64,000 nt of DNA from a virus (lineage: Duplodnaviria > Caudoviricetes): IMG/VR virus record IMGVR_UViG_3300042397_001305, positions 694 to 64,693 of that record. One strand, given 5' to 3'. The position numbers and the translations under genes were made by a program. The notes under the pieces are model-generated. The model saw nothing but the letters and a program-made list of their open reading frames with translations. It was not told the DNA's origin and ran no database searches. Position 1 is the stretch's first letter; the number at the start of each line of letters is the position of its first letter. Shown here piece by piece: positions 41,428 to 52,152 of the stretch.

Positions 41428-42264
41428 ATGAATAATAAAGTAGATGTTTGTATAAATGTATTTGGTAAACCTTGGCAAACATTATGTACATTAAAAACTT
41501 TAATGAAACATAGTGGGGATAAAATTGATAAAATTTATTTAATAAAAGAATCCAATCAACCTTATGAGGAGGATTTAGATTGGATTTTTGAATATTTTGA
41601 TAATTTAATAATTCATATACCTAAAAATTACATTTTCACTAAATTTAATACAAATTATTTAGATGAATCTGATAGACACACCGTTAGATATCAATACGGT
41701 ATAGAAAAAAGTGACAAGAAATTTATTTTTATCACACACAATGATGTTTTATATACCGGAGATATTATTGGAGATATGTTAGATAAAATCGGTGACTCAA
41801 TTGGTATTGGTGAAATGGGTCAATGTTGGAATTGTCCGGCATTTAGTGAAGGTCTATGTAGTGGTAGTAAATTCTATGAATGGAACCCTACAATAGATGA
41901 GGTTTTAAGTTTAAAATTACCTCATATTAGAACTGGTTTACATAATATTGATAGAAACAATCCAAAACCAATGCCCGAATGTCGATTAAATGAATGGGCG
42001 TGTTTAATTAATCGAGAATTAACTAATAAAGAAACATTTCCATATAATGATACACCATTTTTTGGTATGTATGGGTTAGATTTAGGTGACCGTTGGTTCA
42101 AAAGTTTACATTTAAAAGGGTATAAATTCACTGACTATAGAGACAATTTTGAACATTCTTATTGGTCACCATTAGATGGTGGGTATCCAACACAATTAAA
42201 CCATAATGTCTATAAAATAGCAGAAGAAAATGCTAAAAAATATTTTATAGAAAATTTTAAATAA
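41428..42264 (+). CDS. putative GT-A glycosyltransferase
   Basis: FIFITHNDVLY, RLNEWACLIN and DLG motifs; context. Confidence 0.5.
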   Translation: MNNKVDVCINVFGKPWQTLCTLKTLMKHSGDKIDKIYLIKESNQPYEEDLDWIFEYFDNLIIHIPKNYIFTKFNTNYLDESDRHTVRYQYGIEKSDKKFIFITHNDVLYTGDIIGDMLDKIGDSIGIGEMGQCWNCPAFSEGLCSGSKFYEWNPTIDEVLSLKLPHIRTGLHNIDRNNPKPMPECRLNEWACLINRELTNKETFPYNDTPFFGMYGLDLGDRWFKSLHLKGYKFTDYRDNFEHSYWSPLDGGYPTQLNHNVYKIAEENAKKYFIENFK

Positions 42265-42265
42265 T

Positions 42266-43771
42266 ATGATAACTATTATATATTCCACACATAAAGATGA
42301 AAACTATAATAACAAATTTAAACAACATTTGTTACAAAGTTCCGGGTTAAAAGATATTCAAATACTTGAATATATAAACCATAATGAATTTAGTCTATCT
42401 GAACTTTACAATAAAGGTATAACAGAATCTAAATTTAATATTATTATTTGTTGTCACAACGATATTAAACTTGAGAATGGGTGGGGTAAAAAACTATTAA
42501 AAGACTTTTTAGATAATCCAGACTATGGTATTATAGGAAAAGCAGGTTCTTGTTATTTTCCTGAATCAGGTGTTTATTGGGAACGTATGCAACAAACAAT
42601 GGTTGGTCAAGTTTATCATCACCCTGACGGTCAAAAAAAATGGGTTAATAATTATTCCGCGAAATTACCTTTTCTAATTCCTGTTGTCACTATTGATGGG
42701 TTATTTATCTCATTTGATAAAACAAAAATTAAACATCAATTTGATGAGACTATAGGTAAGTTCCATTTTTATGACCATTTATTTTGTATTCCAAATTATT
42801 TAGATGAAGTTAAAATTGGCGTAACATCTTCCTTTGAAATCACACATCAATCAGTTGGACAACCCAATCAAGAGTTTTGGGGAAGTAGAGAAAAATTTGT
42901 AGAAAAATGGGGTAATAATCTTCCATTAGATTTAAAACCATCTAAAGTATACGTCCCTGAAATTAAAGAAAAACCTATTAAAAATATTGGTAAAGTTGCA
43001 ATAATTATACCGACTAAAGGTAATGTTGAAATGTTATTTGATTGTGTTAACTCATTCTACCAACACTGTAATTCAGAATTGTTTGATGTTTTCATAGCCG
43101 ACACTGGGTCGTCAGAAATAGAAAAAGAATGGATAAAAACTAATATATCACCTCTTGGTAATATTAAACTTATCGAATATGATTATTATAATTTTGCCAA
43201 AATAAATAATGATGTTGTAAAACATCATATTGGTGACGAATATGAATACCTTCTATTTTCAAATAATGATATTAAAATTCTTAATAATGTTATTTATGGT
43301 ATGTTGAAGAATTTTAAAACACAAAATAAAATAGGAACTGTTGGGGCGAGACTTTATTTTAAAGACAACACAATTCAACACGATGGGATTGTTGCAATGA
43401 TACATAATAAAAGATTTGACGTTAGTCATTATGGATTAAGAAATTACTACCCTAAATCATCTCTAATTACAGAAGTTATTGGGTCTACCGCAGCATTACT
43501 TATGATAAAAAAATCAGTCTTTATTCAATGCGATTATTTTAACGAAAATTATATTAATTGTTTTGAAGATGTTGAGTTAAATTTTAAAACAACTATCTTA
43601 GGTTATAGAAATATATGTGATGTTAGTTTAGTCTCTTATCATTTTGAAAGTCAAACTAGAAGTGAAGACCCTAAAAATATTGAGAAATTACAATATGACT
43701 ATATAAATAATTTATTACCGTTTACGATGAAAAACATCGATAAATTAAAACATAAAATTATACAACAATAA
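42266..43771 (+). CDS. tandem GT2 glycosyltransferase (Glyco_tranf_2_5-like + GT2)
   Basis: CCHNDI, IDGLF and FHFYD; second domain IIIPTK, ADTGS, FSNND and FEDVEL. Confidence 0.85.
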   Translation: MITIIYSTHKDENYNNKFKQHLLQSSGLKDIQILEYINHNEFSLSELYNKGITESKFNIIICCHNDIKLENGWGKKLLKDFLDNPDYGIIGKAGSCYFPESGVYWERMQQTMVGQVYHHPDGQKKWVNNYSAKLPFLIPVVTIDGLFISFDKTKIKHQFDETIGKFHFYDHLFCIPNYLDEVKIGVTSSFEITHQSVGQPNQEFWGSREKFVEKWGNNLPLDLKPSKVYVPEIKEKPIKNIGKVAIIIPTKGNVEMLFDCVNSFYQHCNSELFDVFIADTGSSEIEKEWIKTNISPLGNIKLIEYDYYNFAKINNDVVKHHIGDEYEYLLFSNNDIKILNNVIYGMLKNFKTQNKIGTVGARLYFKDNTIQHDGIVAMIHNKRFDVSHYGLRNYYPKSSLITEVIGSTAALLMIKKSVFIQCDYFNENYINCFEDVELNFKTTILGYRNICDVSLVSYHFESQTRSEDPKNIEKLQYDYINNLLPFTMKNIDKLKHKIIQQ

Positions 43772-43775
43772 TTAA

Positions 43776-44540
43776 ATGGCTACATACAGCAAATCAAAAA
43801 ACACTAAACCAACTCCTACTCCGGAAACTACAGGTAAACCAATAAGTAAAAAAGACCTGATTGGTCAAATTATTAAGAGAAAAACTAAAGAAAAGTTTTT
43901 AACTATAAATCAAAAAAAGTATTACGATACTTTAATAGAAAGTGAGATAACGGTTTGTTCAGGACCAGCGGGTGTTGGTAAAAGTTACATAACAATGAAA
44001 GCAGCTATTGATTTACTTTCAGACCCAAATACACCTTACGAGAAAATAATTATTGTTAGACCCGCGGTTGAAGCCGAAGAAAAGTTAGGTTCATTACCGG
44101 GTAATGTTGAAGAAAAATTAGACCCATATATTTTTCCATCTTATTATTTATTAAATAAAATTATTGGAAAAGAATCTCGCGAAAAACTTAAAGAGATTGA
44201 GGTTATTGAAGTATTTGCATTAGCATTTATGAGAGGTATGAATATTGATAATTCAATATTAATATTTGAGGAAGGCCAAAACGCATCCCCAAGTCAAATG
44301 AAATTACTTTTAACTAGAATTGGATTTAATAGTAAATTCTTTATCTCAGGTGATGTGGAACAATCTGACAAATATAAAAATAAAACCTTAAGTGGTTTAT
44401 GGGACGCAATAGAAAAATTTAGAGATGATGACTATGTATCAACATTTGAATTTAAAGATAAAAATGATATTGTGAGAAACCCATTAATTAGTAAGATATT
44501 ACGTAAATACGATAACGAACCGGATGAGAATAGCAATTGA
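43776..44540 (+). CDS. phoH: PhoH-family ATPase
   Basis: GPAGVGKS, RPAVEAEEKLGSLPG, FMRG, EEGQN, LLTRIG, GDVEQSD and DIVRNPLI motifs. Confidence 0.95.
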   Translation: MATYSKSKNTKPTPTPETTGKPISKKDLIGQIIKRKTKEKFLTINQKKYYDTLIESEITVCSGPAGVGKSYITMKAAIDLLSDPNTPYEKIIIVRPAVEAEEKLGSLPGNVEEKLDPYIFPSYYLLNKIIGKESREKLKEIEVIEVFALAFMRGMNIDNSILIFEEGQNASPSQMKLLLTRIGFNSKFFISGDVEQSDKYKNKTLSGLWDAIEKFRDDDYVSTFEFKDKNDIVRNPLISKILRKYDNEPDENSN

Positions 44541-45120
44541 AATTAATGGAGTGTTAAGAAACACATTGGATAAAATCCAACAAACCTATCAAAAATATAT
44601 GATAGATAAAACTGAGGGTATAGAGGAAGAAGACTCAATAGTTCGTGAAATTAAATTACCGATTAATAGTTTAGAGTTACGAAATCATTTTACGTTTATT
44701 AATGACGAAGAACTATATTCTTTTTTATATGAAGATTTTCCTATGGAAATCTTTGGTCATTCACAATCAACCGAATATCAAACATTTAATGATTTAAATG
44801 ACATATATGTTAATCTAAGAGATAATCACGATTTACTAATAGTTTCGGATGAGATGGGTAGGTCTAAACCAGCATCATTATTCTTCTTATCAAAATTTGG
44901 TTGTCAATTAGAAAAAGTAAAATTCTATAGTAATTTAACAATAAATTCAATGTGGAACGAGATTGATGTTTTACTTACATCAAACCCTGCACTATTATTA
45001 GAACATCCGGCTGATAAAATATTAATTAAATATCAAACGGAATACAATAAACATATCGAAACAACACATTCTATAACTAATCTTAAAGAATTTGAATTCG
45101 AATTAACAAAAATACTATAA
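44524..45120 (+). CDS. HAD 5'(3')-nucleotidase-like protein with degenerate motif I
   Basis: MRIAIEINGVLRN (canonical IAIDxDGVL), YNKH near the C-terminus. Confidence 0.55.
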   Translation: MRIAIEINGVLRNTLDKIQQTYQKYMIDKTEGIEEEDSIVREIKLPINSLELRNHFTFINDEELYSFLYEDFPMEIFGHSQSTEYQTFNDLNDIYVNLRDNHDLLIVSDEMGRSKPASLFFLSKFGCQLEKVKFYSNLTINSMWNEIDVLLTSNPALLLEHPADKILIKYQTEYNKHIETTHSITNLKEFEFELTKIL

Positions 45121-45395
45121 TGTTAAAAGTATTAGGAGAACACTACTATTTAGATTTAGATAAAATCGATGATTACGTCCAAATAAAAGAAGTTACACCA
45201 TCAACAGGTATTACGGACACAACACATATTAGCATCATAAAATATGAAACCGTTAAATTAATGATGGAAATTATTATGGATGAGCCTGAAGAAATTGATG
45301 AAACATTAGGGGCTAAAGGAACAAATAACTTATCAATACCGTTTAAAATAGCGTTTAACACGTTACTATATAAAAAATTACTAAACAAATTATAA
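45120..45395 (+). CDS. hypothetical protein
   Basis: 91-aa ORF translationally coupled to its neighbours. Confidence 0.65.
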   Translation: MLKVLGEHYYLDLDKIDDYVQIKEVTPSTGITDTTHISIIKYETVKLMMEIIMDEPEEIDETLGAKGTNNLSIPFKIAFNTLLYKKLLNKL

Positions 45396-45396
45396 T

Positions 45397-46458
45397 ATGA
45401 ATCAAGAACAACTATCAAAATTAGAATTGTCTATTGAGAATATGAAAAATAAGAAAGCCAGAATTTATCTTATTGCTCAAGACACAAAAGGTAACGCCAA
45501 AGCATCTATTGCTTACATCTATAGATTAGGTATGGCATTATTAAAAGGAGGGTACAACCCGATAATCCTACACGAAAATTCTGACTATACAGGTGTTTCT
45601 GAATGGTTAGGTGAAGAATATATGACACTTCCTCATAGAGTTATTGAAGGTCAAAATTTAGAAGTGTCTCCTGAAGATTTATTAATTATTCCGGAACTTT
45701 TTGGGTATGTAATGAGTCAAGTATCTAAATTACCTTGTGGTAAAATTGTACTATGTCAAGCTTACGACCATATTTTTGAAACGTTACAACCTGGAGAAAG
45801 TTGGACTCAGTTAGGGTTTTACAAATGTATTACAACGTCTGATTATCAAAAAGAATTTATTGAGGGTATTATGAGAGGTGTCTCTTATGATGTTTTAAAA
45901 CCATATTTCTCAGATAAATTTAAACCAAGTAATTTACCGGCTAAACCTATTATTGCGGTTCACACTAGAGAACATAGGGACACAATTAACTTAATTAAAA
46001 GTTTCTATATTAAATTTCCACAATATCGTTGGGTAACTTTTAGAGATTTAAGAACATTATCTGAAGACGAATTCGCTAAAGGTATTCAAGAGTGTTGTTT
46101 ATCTGTTTGGATTGATGAAACAAGTGCTTATGGAACATTCCCGTTAGAATCGATTAAATCAAATGTTCCTGTATTAGGTTTGGTTCCTAATATGGTACCT
46201 GATTGGATGAACGAAGATAATGGTCTATGGATTAATAACAAAGTTCAAATTGTTGATTTTGTTGCAGATTATTTACAAAATTGGTTAGAAGATAATGTAA
46301 GTGAAACTTTACTTGAGGGTATGAAAAAAACATCAGAAGAACTTTTAACTAAAGAAATGTTTGATGAACAAGTATTATCAATTTTTGATAAAGTTATGAA
46401 TACAAGATTAGAATCGTTCACAGAACAATTAAATAAACTAGAAACAATTGAAGAATAA
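45397..46458 (+). CDS. GT-B glycosyltransferase-like protein
   Basis: LIIPE and VWIDETSAYGTFPLESIKSNVPV (GT4-like E-x7-E region). Confidence 0.6.
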   Translation: MNQEQLSKLELSIENMKNKKARIYLIAQDTKGNAKASIAYIYRLGMALLKGGYNPIILHENSDYTGVSEWLGEEYMTLPHRVIEGQNLEVSPEDLLIIPELFGYVMSQVSKLPCGKIVLCQAYDHIFETLQPGESWTQLGFYKCITTSDYQKEFIEGIMRGVSYDVLKPYFSDKFKPSNLPAKPIIAVHTREHRDTINLIKSFYIKFPQYRWVTFRDLRTLSEDEFAKGIQECCLSVWIDETSAYGTFPLESIKSNVPVLGLVPNMVPDWMNEDNGLWINNKVQIVDFVADYLQNWLEDNVSETLLEGMKKTSEELLTKEMFDEQVLSIFDKVMNTRLESFTEQLNKLETIEE

Positions 46459-46459
46459 T

Positions 46460-47266
46460 ATGGAAAACTATTTTGACGTATCAGTAATATTACCAATTAA
46501 ATCAGGAAGAGCCTTTGACTTCTCTGAGTATTTTACAAAATGTATTGAGTCATTAAAAACTCAAAAATTAAAAATTAATGAACTAATCATTGTTCACACT
46601 GATGAAGATGTTGTTATTGAATTTTTAAATAATTTCGACTTTGGTGACTTAACAGTTATTAAACTTGCTTGGACTGAAGAACCTAATTACACCTTACAAA
46701 TTAATTTTGGTGTTAAAAATTCAAATTCTAAATGGGTTTCATTATTTGAATTTGATGATGAGTATTCTACAATATGGTTTAACAATGTTGAGAAATATAG
46801 CAAAGCTTATCCAGATGTTGACGCATTTTTACCAATTGTTGTCGATACAGACCAAATGGGTAAATTTGTCGGATTTACTAATGAAGCAACATTCGCGGCT
46901 AACTTCTCATCTGAAATGGGAATCTTATCAAATGAAACTTTACAAGATTATCAAAATTTCCAAACATCTGGAATGGTTATTAAAAAATCAACATTAGTTG
47001 ATAATGGATTATTTAAATCATCATTCAAGTTAACATATGGATATGAATTATTTCTAAGATTAACAAATAATTCAGTTAAAATTATGTCAATTCCTAAGAT
47101 TGGTTACAAACATACTAACTTAAGAGATGGCTCAATTTTTTGGAACTATAAAAATGGTGAAGATGCTTTAACTCCGGATGAGGTTAAATTTTGGATAGAT
47201 TCGGCTAAAAAAGAATATTTCTTTACAAATGATAGAGCCATAAAGTACGAACCACAAGAAGTTTAA
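46460..47266 (+). CDS. GT2 glycosyltransferase
   Basis: VSVILPI, FEFDDEY and YELFLRL motifs; ATG 46460 preferred. Confidence 0.7.
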   Translation: MENYFDVSVILPIKSGRAFDFSEYFTKCIESLKTQKLKINELIIVHTDEDVVIEFLNNFDFGDLTVIKLAWTEEPNYTLQINFGVKNSNSKWVSLFEFDDEYSTIWFNNVEKYSKAYPDVDAFLPIVVDTDQMGKFVGFTNEATFAANFSSEMGILSNETLQDYQNFQTSGMVIKKSTLVDNGLFKSSFKLTYGYELFLRLTNNSVKIMSIPKIGYKHTNLRDGSIFWNYKNGEDALTPDEVKFWIDSAKKEYFFTNDRAIKYEPQEV

Positions 47267-48015
47267 TGTCTGAACCAATTAATTTAACAGGAGATACCAG
47301 TGTTGAGTTAAAGAAGAAAGGTAGAAAACCAACCCAATTAAATTATTTTGATGTTCGGGAAGAACTAGCGGTGGTAAGATTTTTAGAATCCACCTCTTAC
47401 GAAGAAAAGAATAAAATATATAATGAGTTTTTAAAAAAACCTTTAGATAAGATGATATCTTCAATCATACGAAGATACAAATTATATAGAAAAGATATGG
47501 ATTTTACAGATATCCACGTAGACACTCACTCGTTCTTAATGACAAAAATAGATAAGTTCAAGCCTTCTAAAGAAAAGAAGGCTTACTCTTATTTTGGAAC
47601 CATATGTAAAAATTACCTTATGGGTCAAATCATTAAAGACCAAAAAGAAATGAATAGAAAAATATCCTATGAGGATATTTCGTCTAGTTTAGAAAATGAT
47701 GAAGGATTCGCATATTATATTGAAAATGACGGATTAGATTCTGAAAGAGTTATTTATCACTTTTTAATACAATTAGAAGAATTTATTAAAAATGAAAACC
47801 TATCAGAAAATGAAATCAAATTAGGTCAAGCATTATATGATTTATTTGATAACTATGAAAATATATTTGTAGGTAATGATAACAACAAATTTAATAAAAA
47901 TATCATATTACTATCATTAAGAGAAATGACTAATCTATCCACAAAAGAGATTAGAGGGTCAATGAAAAAATATAAAAATATGTATTTTACATTGATTCAA
48001 AATATGGTCAAATAA
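47266..48015 (+). CDS. phage sigma factor (T4 gp55-like late sigma)
   Basis: NYFD, KIDKFKPSK..KAYSYFGTICKNYL resembles sigma region 2 / gp55 AFAYFTQI. Confidence 0.65.
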   Translation: MSEPINLTGDTSVELKKKGRKPTQLNYFDVREELAVVRFLESTSYEEKNKIYNEFLKKPLDKMISSIIRRYKLYRKDMDFTDIHVDTHSFLMTKIDKFKPSKEKKAYSYFGTICKNYLMGQIIKDQKEMNRKISYEDISSSLENDEGFAYYIENDGLDSERVIYHFLIQLEEFIKNENLSENEIKLGQALYDLFDNYENIFVGNDNNKFNKNIILLSLREMTNLSTKEIRGSMKKYKNMYFTLIQNMVK

Positions 48016-48030
48016 AAAAGACCATCTAAA

Positions 48031-48038
48031 TATTTATT
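48031..48038 (+). promoter_or_regulatory. putative late promoter TATTTATT
   Basis: Ends 3 nt before ATG 48042. Confidence 0.5.
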
Positions 48039-48041
48039 AAT

Positions 48042-48422
48042 ATGGCAAGACCGACAAAAAAAGAAATTAATCTAAGTAAAGAATCAATGTTATCGTTGAT
48101 GCAGGAAATCTACAATGAACTTGTGGAACAAAGAAACACTGCAATTAGAATTCAAAATAAAATGTTAACAATGATGAAAGAACCCGAAGATATGACAATC
48201 ATCGGACCTGTTATTGAAAAACAACAAAAAATTATAAATGATTGTGTTGAGAAAAAACTTACTCTTTCTAAACTTCAAGCGGGGATGTGGGAAAAATCTA
48301 ACAATTCTAAAGATAGTAATGGTGGAGGTTTCTCAATCTCTGATTTAGGTGGTGATGATGATTTATTAAAAAGTTTGATTGAGAAAGATATCGCTAAAGA
48401 TGGTGGTTCTTATAAAATGTAA
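48042..48422 (+). CDS. hypothetical coiled-coil protein
   Basis: 126-aa ORF. Confidence 0.65.
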   Translation: MARPTKKEINLSKESMLSLMQEIYNELVEQRNTAIRIQNKMLTMMKEPEDMTIIGPVIEKQQKIINDCVEKKLTLSKLQAGMWEKSNNSKDSNGGGFSISDLGGDDDLLKSLIEKDIAKDGGSYKM

Positions 48423-48434
48423 AAATAACAAATT

Positions 48435-50342
48435 ATGCCATCAGTAGATTTAAATTATGATTATAATAAAATTCAAAGTAAATTAAACGCGACTAAAACA
48501 TACAAAAATGCTAAGTCGAAGTATGACGACGCCAATAAAAAAGTTGGTGAATCTTTTGAAAAATCTAAAAAAGATGTTTCACAATCATTAGACAAATTTA
48601 AAGAACAAACTAAAAGATACCAAAAACAAATTAAAAACCAATTTGAACAACTTTTAGATTTGGCTAATACTACCGGAGGAAAAGGTAGTGGTTCCCCAAG
48701 TTATATTAAAAGTCTTTTAATTAGAACTGTTAATAATGTTCAACCTAGACTAAGAACAATTGTTATGGAAGATTGTTTAACGGCTTTAGGTTGTGACCAA
48801 CAACAAACTTATGGGTCCAAAGATGTTTGGGTTAAAGTTGGTTCAGTGGATTTATTTAGTAGATTAAAAATTGACCCGGAAGATGAGGTTGGTAAAATTA
48901 TTTACGAAAAAGACCCCGTTACTTCATCATCAACATACCCTTTTTCAATGAATCGTAAAATGTATGGTCTTATTCAAGATAATACGACATATAGTTATGT
49001 TGGTAAATCAGGTCAACCATTATTTAAAATCCAATATAGTGAATTTGGACAAGCCGGTGAAACAGGTCCTTGGTATAAAGTTAGTTTAGAAAATAGAGCA
49101 AATAGTGTTAATAGAGTTGGTGAATTTATGGTTGACTACTACGATACTGTTAAAATGTCTGAAAACACCGATGTTATGGGTTCTATTATGGAATCTTTAT
49201 GTGGTGCTGTTTCTATGAAAGTAGATGCCGGAACATCTCAGGTTGAAAACGCCAGTAAATACGAATTAATTTTAGCTAGAATATTAGGTTTGTGTTTTGA
49301 TAGTGGTGCCAGCGATGGAGAGATTGATGTTAGTGGTGTTGCAAAAGTACCGGAATTAGATGGTATTGATGATTCATTTTTTGAATTTACTGACATCGAT
49401 TTAAGAAACATTGACCTTCGTGTTGGTAATATTAAAAACGGTGTTGTTCAATTTGAGGATTGTGATAATGTCTTGTTACCGGTAAACTATGAAGAAATCA
49501 TAACCGCGTTAGGACAATTAAATTTTGTTGAAGGGTCTGAGTTTGAAAATGCAGCAAATAACATTTCGGATGTATTAGCGAATAATCCAGCGTGGTTAGG
49601 AATAGGTATTAATGTAAGTCCAAAAGTTGCAGTTGATACTAATTTTATTAAATTAATAACTAACGGAATGATTAGTGCATTAATCACACCAAAAATGATT
49701 TTACCAATAATTGCAATGTCTAAAGCTTTGGGTAATAATATAACAGACGGTATTAAATCATTTATGGATTTTGCCAAAATATTTAAATCATTCTTCATTA
49801 ATTTAGTATCTAAAGTAGGTGCGATATTTGTTGAAGAACTTTACAGATTAATTAAAAGTGATATTTTACAATTAATACAATCAGTGATTACCGATATTGT
49901 TAAAGAAAAACAAATTAAAAAATACGCAATGATTTTAAAATTAATTTCTTTATTATTATTGTTGGCAGGAATATTAAATGATTTTAGAAAATGTAAAAGT
50001 TTAGTTGACGATATATTTAGGATATTAAATTTAATTAATCTTCCCGGATTTGGTGGAAGTCCAGTACCGTTACCAATAATGTTGGCGGCTCGATTTTGTG
50101 ATGGATATTCTGAAACAAGAGCGTTTATTGGTGCCGTAGAAGAAATGCAAAAAGCTGGGATTCCAACCGGAGATATGCCAAGTGGCGCACCTAATTTGGA
50201 ACTGATTTCAAAATTTTCCCAAATGAAAGCTATGGCTTTTGAAGAAGCTGAGAATAATAAAGTTCAAATTGCGGTTGGTCCATTAACAATAACACCAGCA
50301 GGATTTACAGTTCCGTCTAACGCTTTTGGTAAAAAGTTTTAA
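48435..50342 (+). CDS. hypothetical protein, probably virion/baseplate
   Basis: 635-aa ORF upstream of the gp5-like gene; hydrophobic segment LISLLLLLAGIL. Confidence 0.55.
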   Translation: MPSVDLNYDYNKIQSKLNATKTYKNAKSKYDDANKKVGESFEKSKKDVSQSLDKFKEQTKRYQKQIKNQFEQLLDLANTTGGKGSGSPSYIKSLLIRTVNNVQPRLRTIVMEDCLTALGCDQQQTYGSKDVWVKVGSVDLFSRLKIDPEDEVGKIIYEKDPVTSSSTYPFSMNRKMYGLIQDNTTYSYVGKSGQPLFKIQYSEFGQAGETGPWYKVSLENRANSVNRVGEFMVDYYDTVKMSENTDVMGSIMESLCGAVSMKVDAGTSQVENASKYELILARILGLCFDSGASDGEIDVSGVAKVPELDGIDDSFFEFTDIDLRNIDLRVGNIKNGVVQFEDCDNVLLPVNYEEIITALGQLNFVEGSEFENAANNISDVLANNPAWLGIGINVSPKVAVDTNFIKLITNGMISALITPKMILPIIAMSKALGNNITDGIKSFMDFAKIFKSFFINLVSKVGAIFVEELYRLIKSDILQLIQSVITDIVKEKQIKKYAMILKLISLLLLLAGILNDFRKCKSLVDDIFRILNLINLPGFGGSPVPLPIMLAARFCDGYSETRAFIGAVEEMQKAGIPTGDMPSGAPNLELISKFSQMKAMAFEEAENNKVQIAVGPLTITPAGFTVPSNAFGKKF

Positions 50343-50344
50343 TT

Positions 50345-50569
50345 ATGAATAAAAAAGAAAAAAGTGAAAAAGTTTTAACAATAATTGGTGATATAAAAAA
50401 CTCATCCAATAAAGATTTGATGCTAGCGATGGATACAATTCAAGAAGATTTTGAATTTACAAAAAAAATAGTAATTGATTCAACACATCATTTAGATAAG
50501 TTAGAATTAACTTATAATACTATTCTAAAAGAATATCAAAAAAGAACTAAGGTAAATGAAAGTAGATAA
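50345..50569 (+). CDS. hypothetical protein
   Basis: 74-aa ORF within the operon. Confidence 0.55.
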   Translation: MNKKEKSEKVLTIIGDIKNSSNKDLMLAMDTIQEDFEFTKKIVIDSTHHLDKLELTYNTILKEYQKRTKVNESR

Positions 50570-52130
50570 TCAAAATAAACATCAAATATTATTTCCGGGA
50601 TTTGTATTAGACAATCAAGACCCTATGATGTTAGGGAGAATTCGTGTTGTACCTGAAACAAAAAATTATCAAGATGTAATTAAATCTGTTGCCGATTACA
50701 ATGAAGAAACTGATAAATGGTCATCAAAAGACCCTTTAGTGTTTCTACCATTATTACCTTTCTTTATTAATCAAGTACCTAAAATTGATGAATATGTTCA
50801 GTTAATTTATCAAAATAAAAAATACGAATATCAAAACCAATTTTATATACAAGGACCATTTTCATCCCCAATGACAACACCTTTTGAATATTATCAAGGG
50901 GCTAAAAAATTCTTAGCTGCCGGTGATAGAATTAAACAAGGGTTAAGTATTAAAAATTTAGATGGGTCATATGCCAATACCGACAGTAAAGGTGTGTTCC
51001 CTGAACCGGGTGATAACGCATTATTAGGTAGAGGAACAGCTGATGTTATAGTTAAAGAAAATGAAGTATTAATTCGTGCAGGTAAAACAAAAGAACTTTC
51101 CACAAATTCATTCCCAATCGCTGATAGTAATAGAGCCTTTTTACAATTAACTCGCTTTACTCAAACAAAAACGCCATTACCTGAACAAACTAAATCAAGA
51201 TTGGTTGAGAATATCCAATTGGTTAAAAAATTAATTGTGTGGGATATTACAACATTATCAAGTACCTCTAATTTTAGCGGGTCAGTTAAGTTACATAATA
51301 TACTACCAACTAGTTCAAAAATTAATACTAAAAATTTTAACTATTCAACGATTGCTGATTTAAAAATTGGTGAGGATTATAATACTGAAATTATGTCGGT
51401 TGAATTTAAAGGTAAAACATTTGATGAGTCTATAGTTATAATCAATAGTTTTATCTCTCAAGTATTTACGCCTGGTATATTATTTACAGGGTTAACTGTA
51501 GTTAATGAAGGTGTAAGACCGGGAGAAACATACCCTCTTGTTGTAACACCATCAAAACAAACATATGAAATTGGTAAAAAGTTTTTACCAAATAGTCTTT
51601 CTGTGGATGTTTTGGAATATGTTAATTATAGAAGATTTTATCACGCAATTAATTTAAATAATTCAAGTGAAAATGGTTGGTTCTTAGTTTGGGATAATAA
51701 AGGTGGTAAACCTATTTTTGGACCTCAAGCCGATTTAGTTAAAGAAACAATAATCCCTTCTGAATTTCAAAATGAAGATATCACTTATGGAGCGTTAGGT
51801 GCTCAATATCTTTATTTATTATCTCAAAATGCAACAATAGGTGATAAACAACCAATCGATTTGTCAAATACATTATACGGTATACCTCAAGATAAATTTG
51901 TTGGTGTTGGAAACACATTATTTAATCAAACCTGTTCATCCGTTAGAGGGGAACCATTAATGGTGTTGATTAATAAAATAATAGACTTTCTAATAAATCA
52001 CGTCCATCCTTGTGCCAACGAAGTTCCGGATTCTCAATGCCAAGGGTCGAAAACTCAAAAGTCAGATATCACTACTTTAGCGGACAACGCAAATAAAAAC
52101 ATCTTAAATCAAAATATTCGATTAAACTAA
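50556..52130 (+). CDS. gp5/VgrG-like baseplate hub / central spike protein
   Basis: N-terminal OB-fold motif VLDNQDPMMLGRIRV..PLLP..VPKIDE; PEPGDNALLGRG; C-terminal GEPL..NHVHP (HxH spike-tip motif). Confidence 0.7.
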   Translation: MKVDNQNKHQILFPGFVLDNQDPMMLGRIRVVPETKNYQDVIKSVADYNEETDKWSSKDPLVFLPLLPFFINQVPKIDEYVQLIYQNKKYEYQNQFYIQGPFSSPMTTPFEYYQGAKKFLAAGDRIKQGLSIKNLDGSYANTDSKGVFPEPGDNALLGRGTADVIVKENEVLIRAGKTKELSTNSFPIADSNRAFLQLTRFTQTKTPLPEQTKSRLVENIQLVKKLIVWDITTLSSTSNFSGSVKLHNILPTSSKINTKNFNYSTIADLKIGEDYNTEIMSVEFKGKTFDESIVIINSFISQVFTPGILFTGLTVVNEGVRPGETYPLVVTPSKQTYEIGKKFLPNSLSVDVLEYVNYRRFYHAINLNNSSENGWFLVWDNKGGKPIFGPQADLVKETIIPSEFQNEDITYGALGAQYLYLLSQNATIGDKQPIDLSNTLYGIPQDKFVGVGNTLFNQTCSSVRGEPLMVLINKIIDFLINHVHPCANEVPDSQCQGSKTQKSDITTLADNANKNILNQNIRLN

Positions 52131-52131
52131 A

Positions 52132-52139
52132 TATTTATT
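52132..52139 (+). promoter_or_regulatory. putative late promoter TATTTATT
   Basis: 13 nt before ATG 52153. Confidence 0.5.
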
Positions 52140-52152
52140 GTTAAAAGATTTT

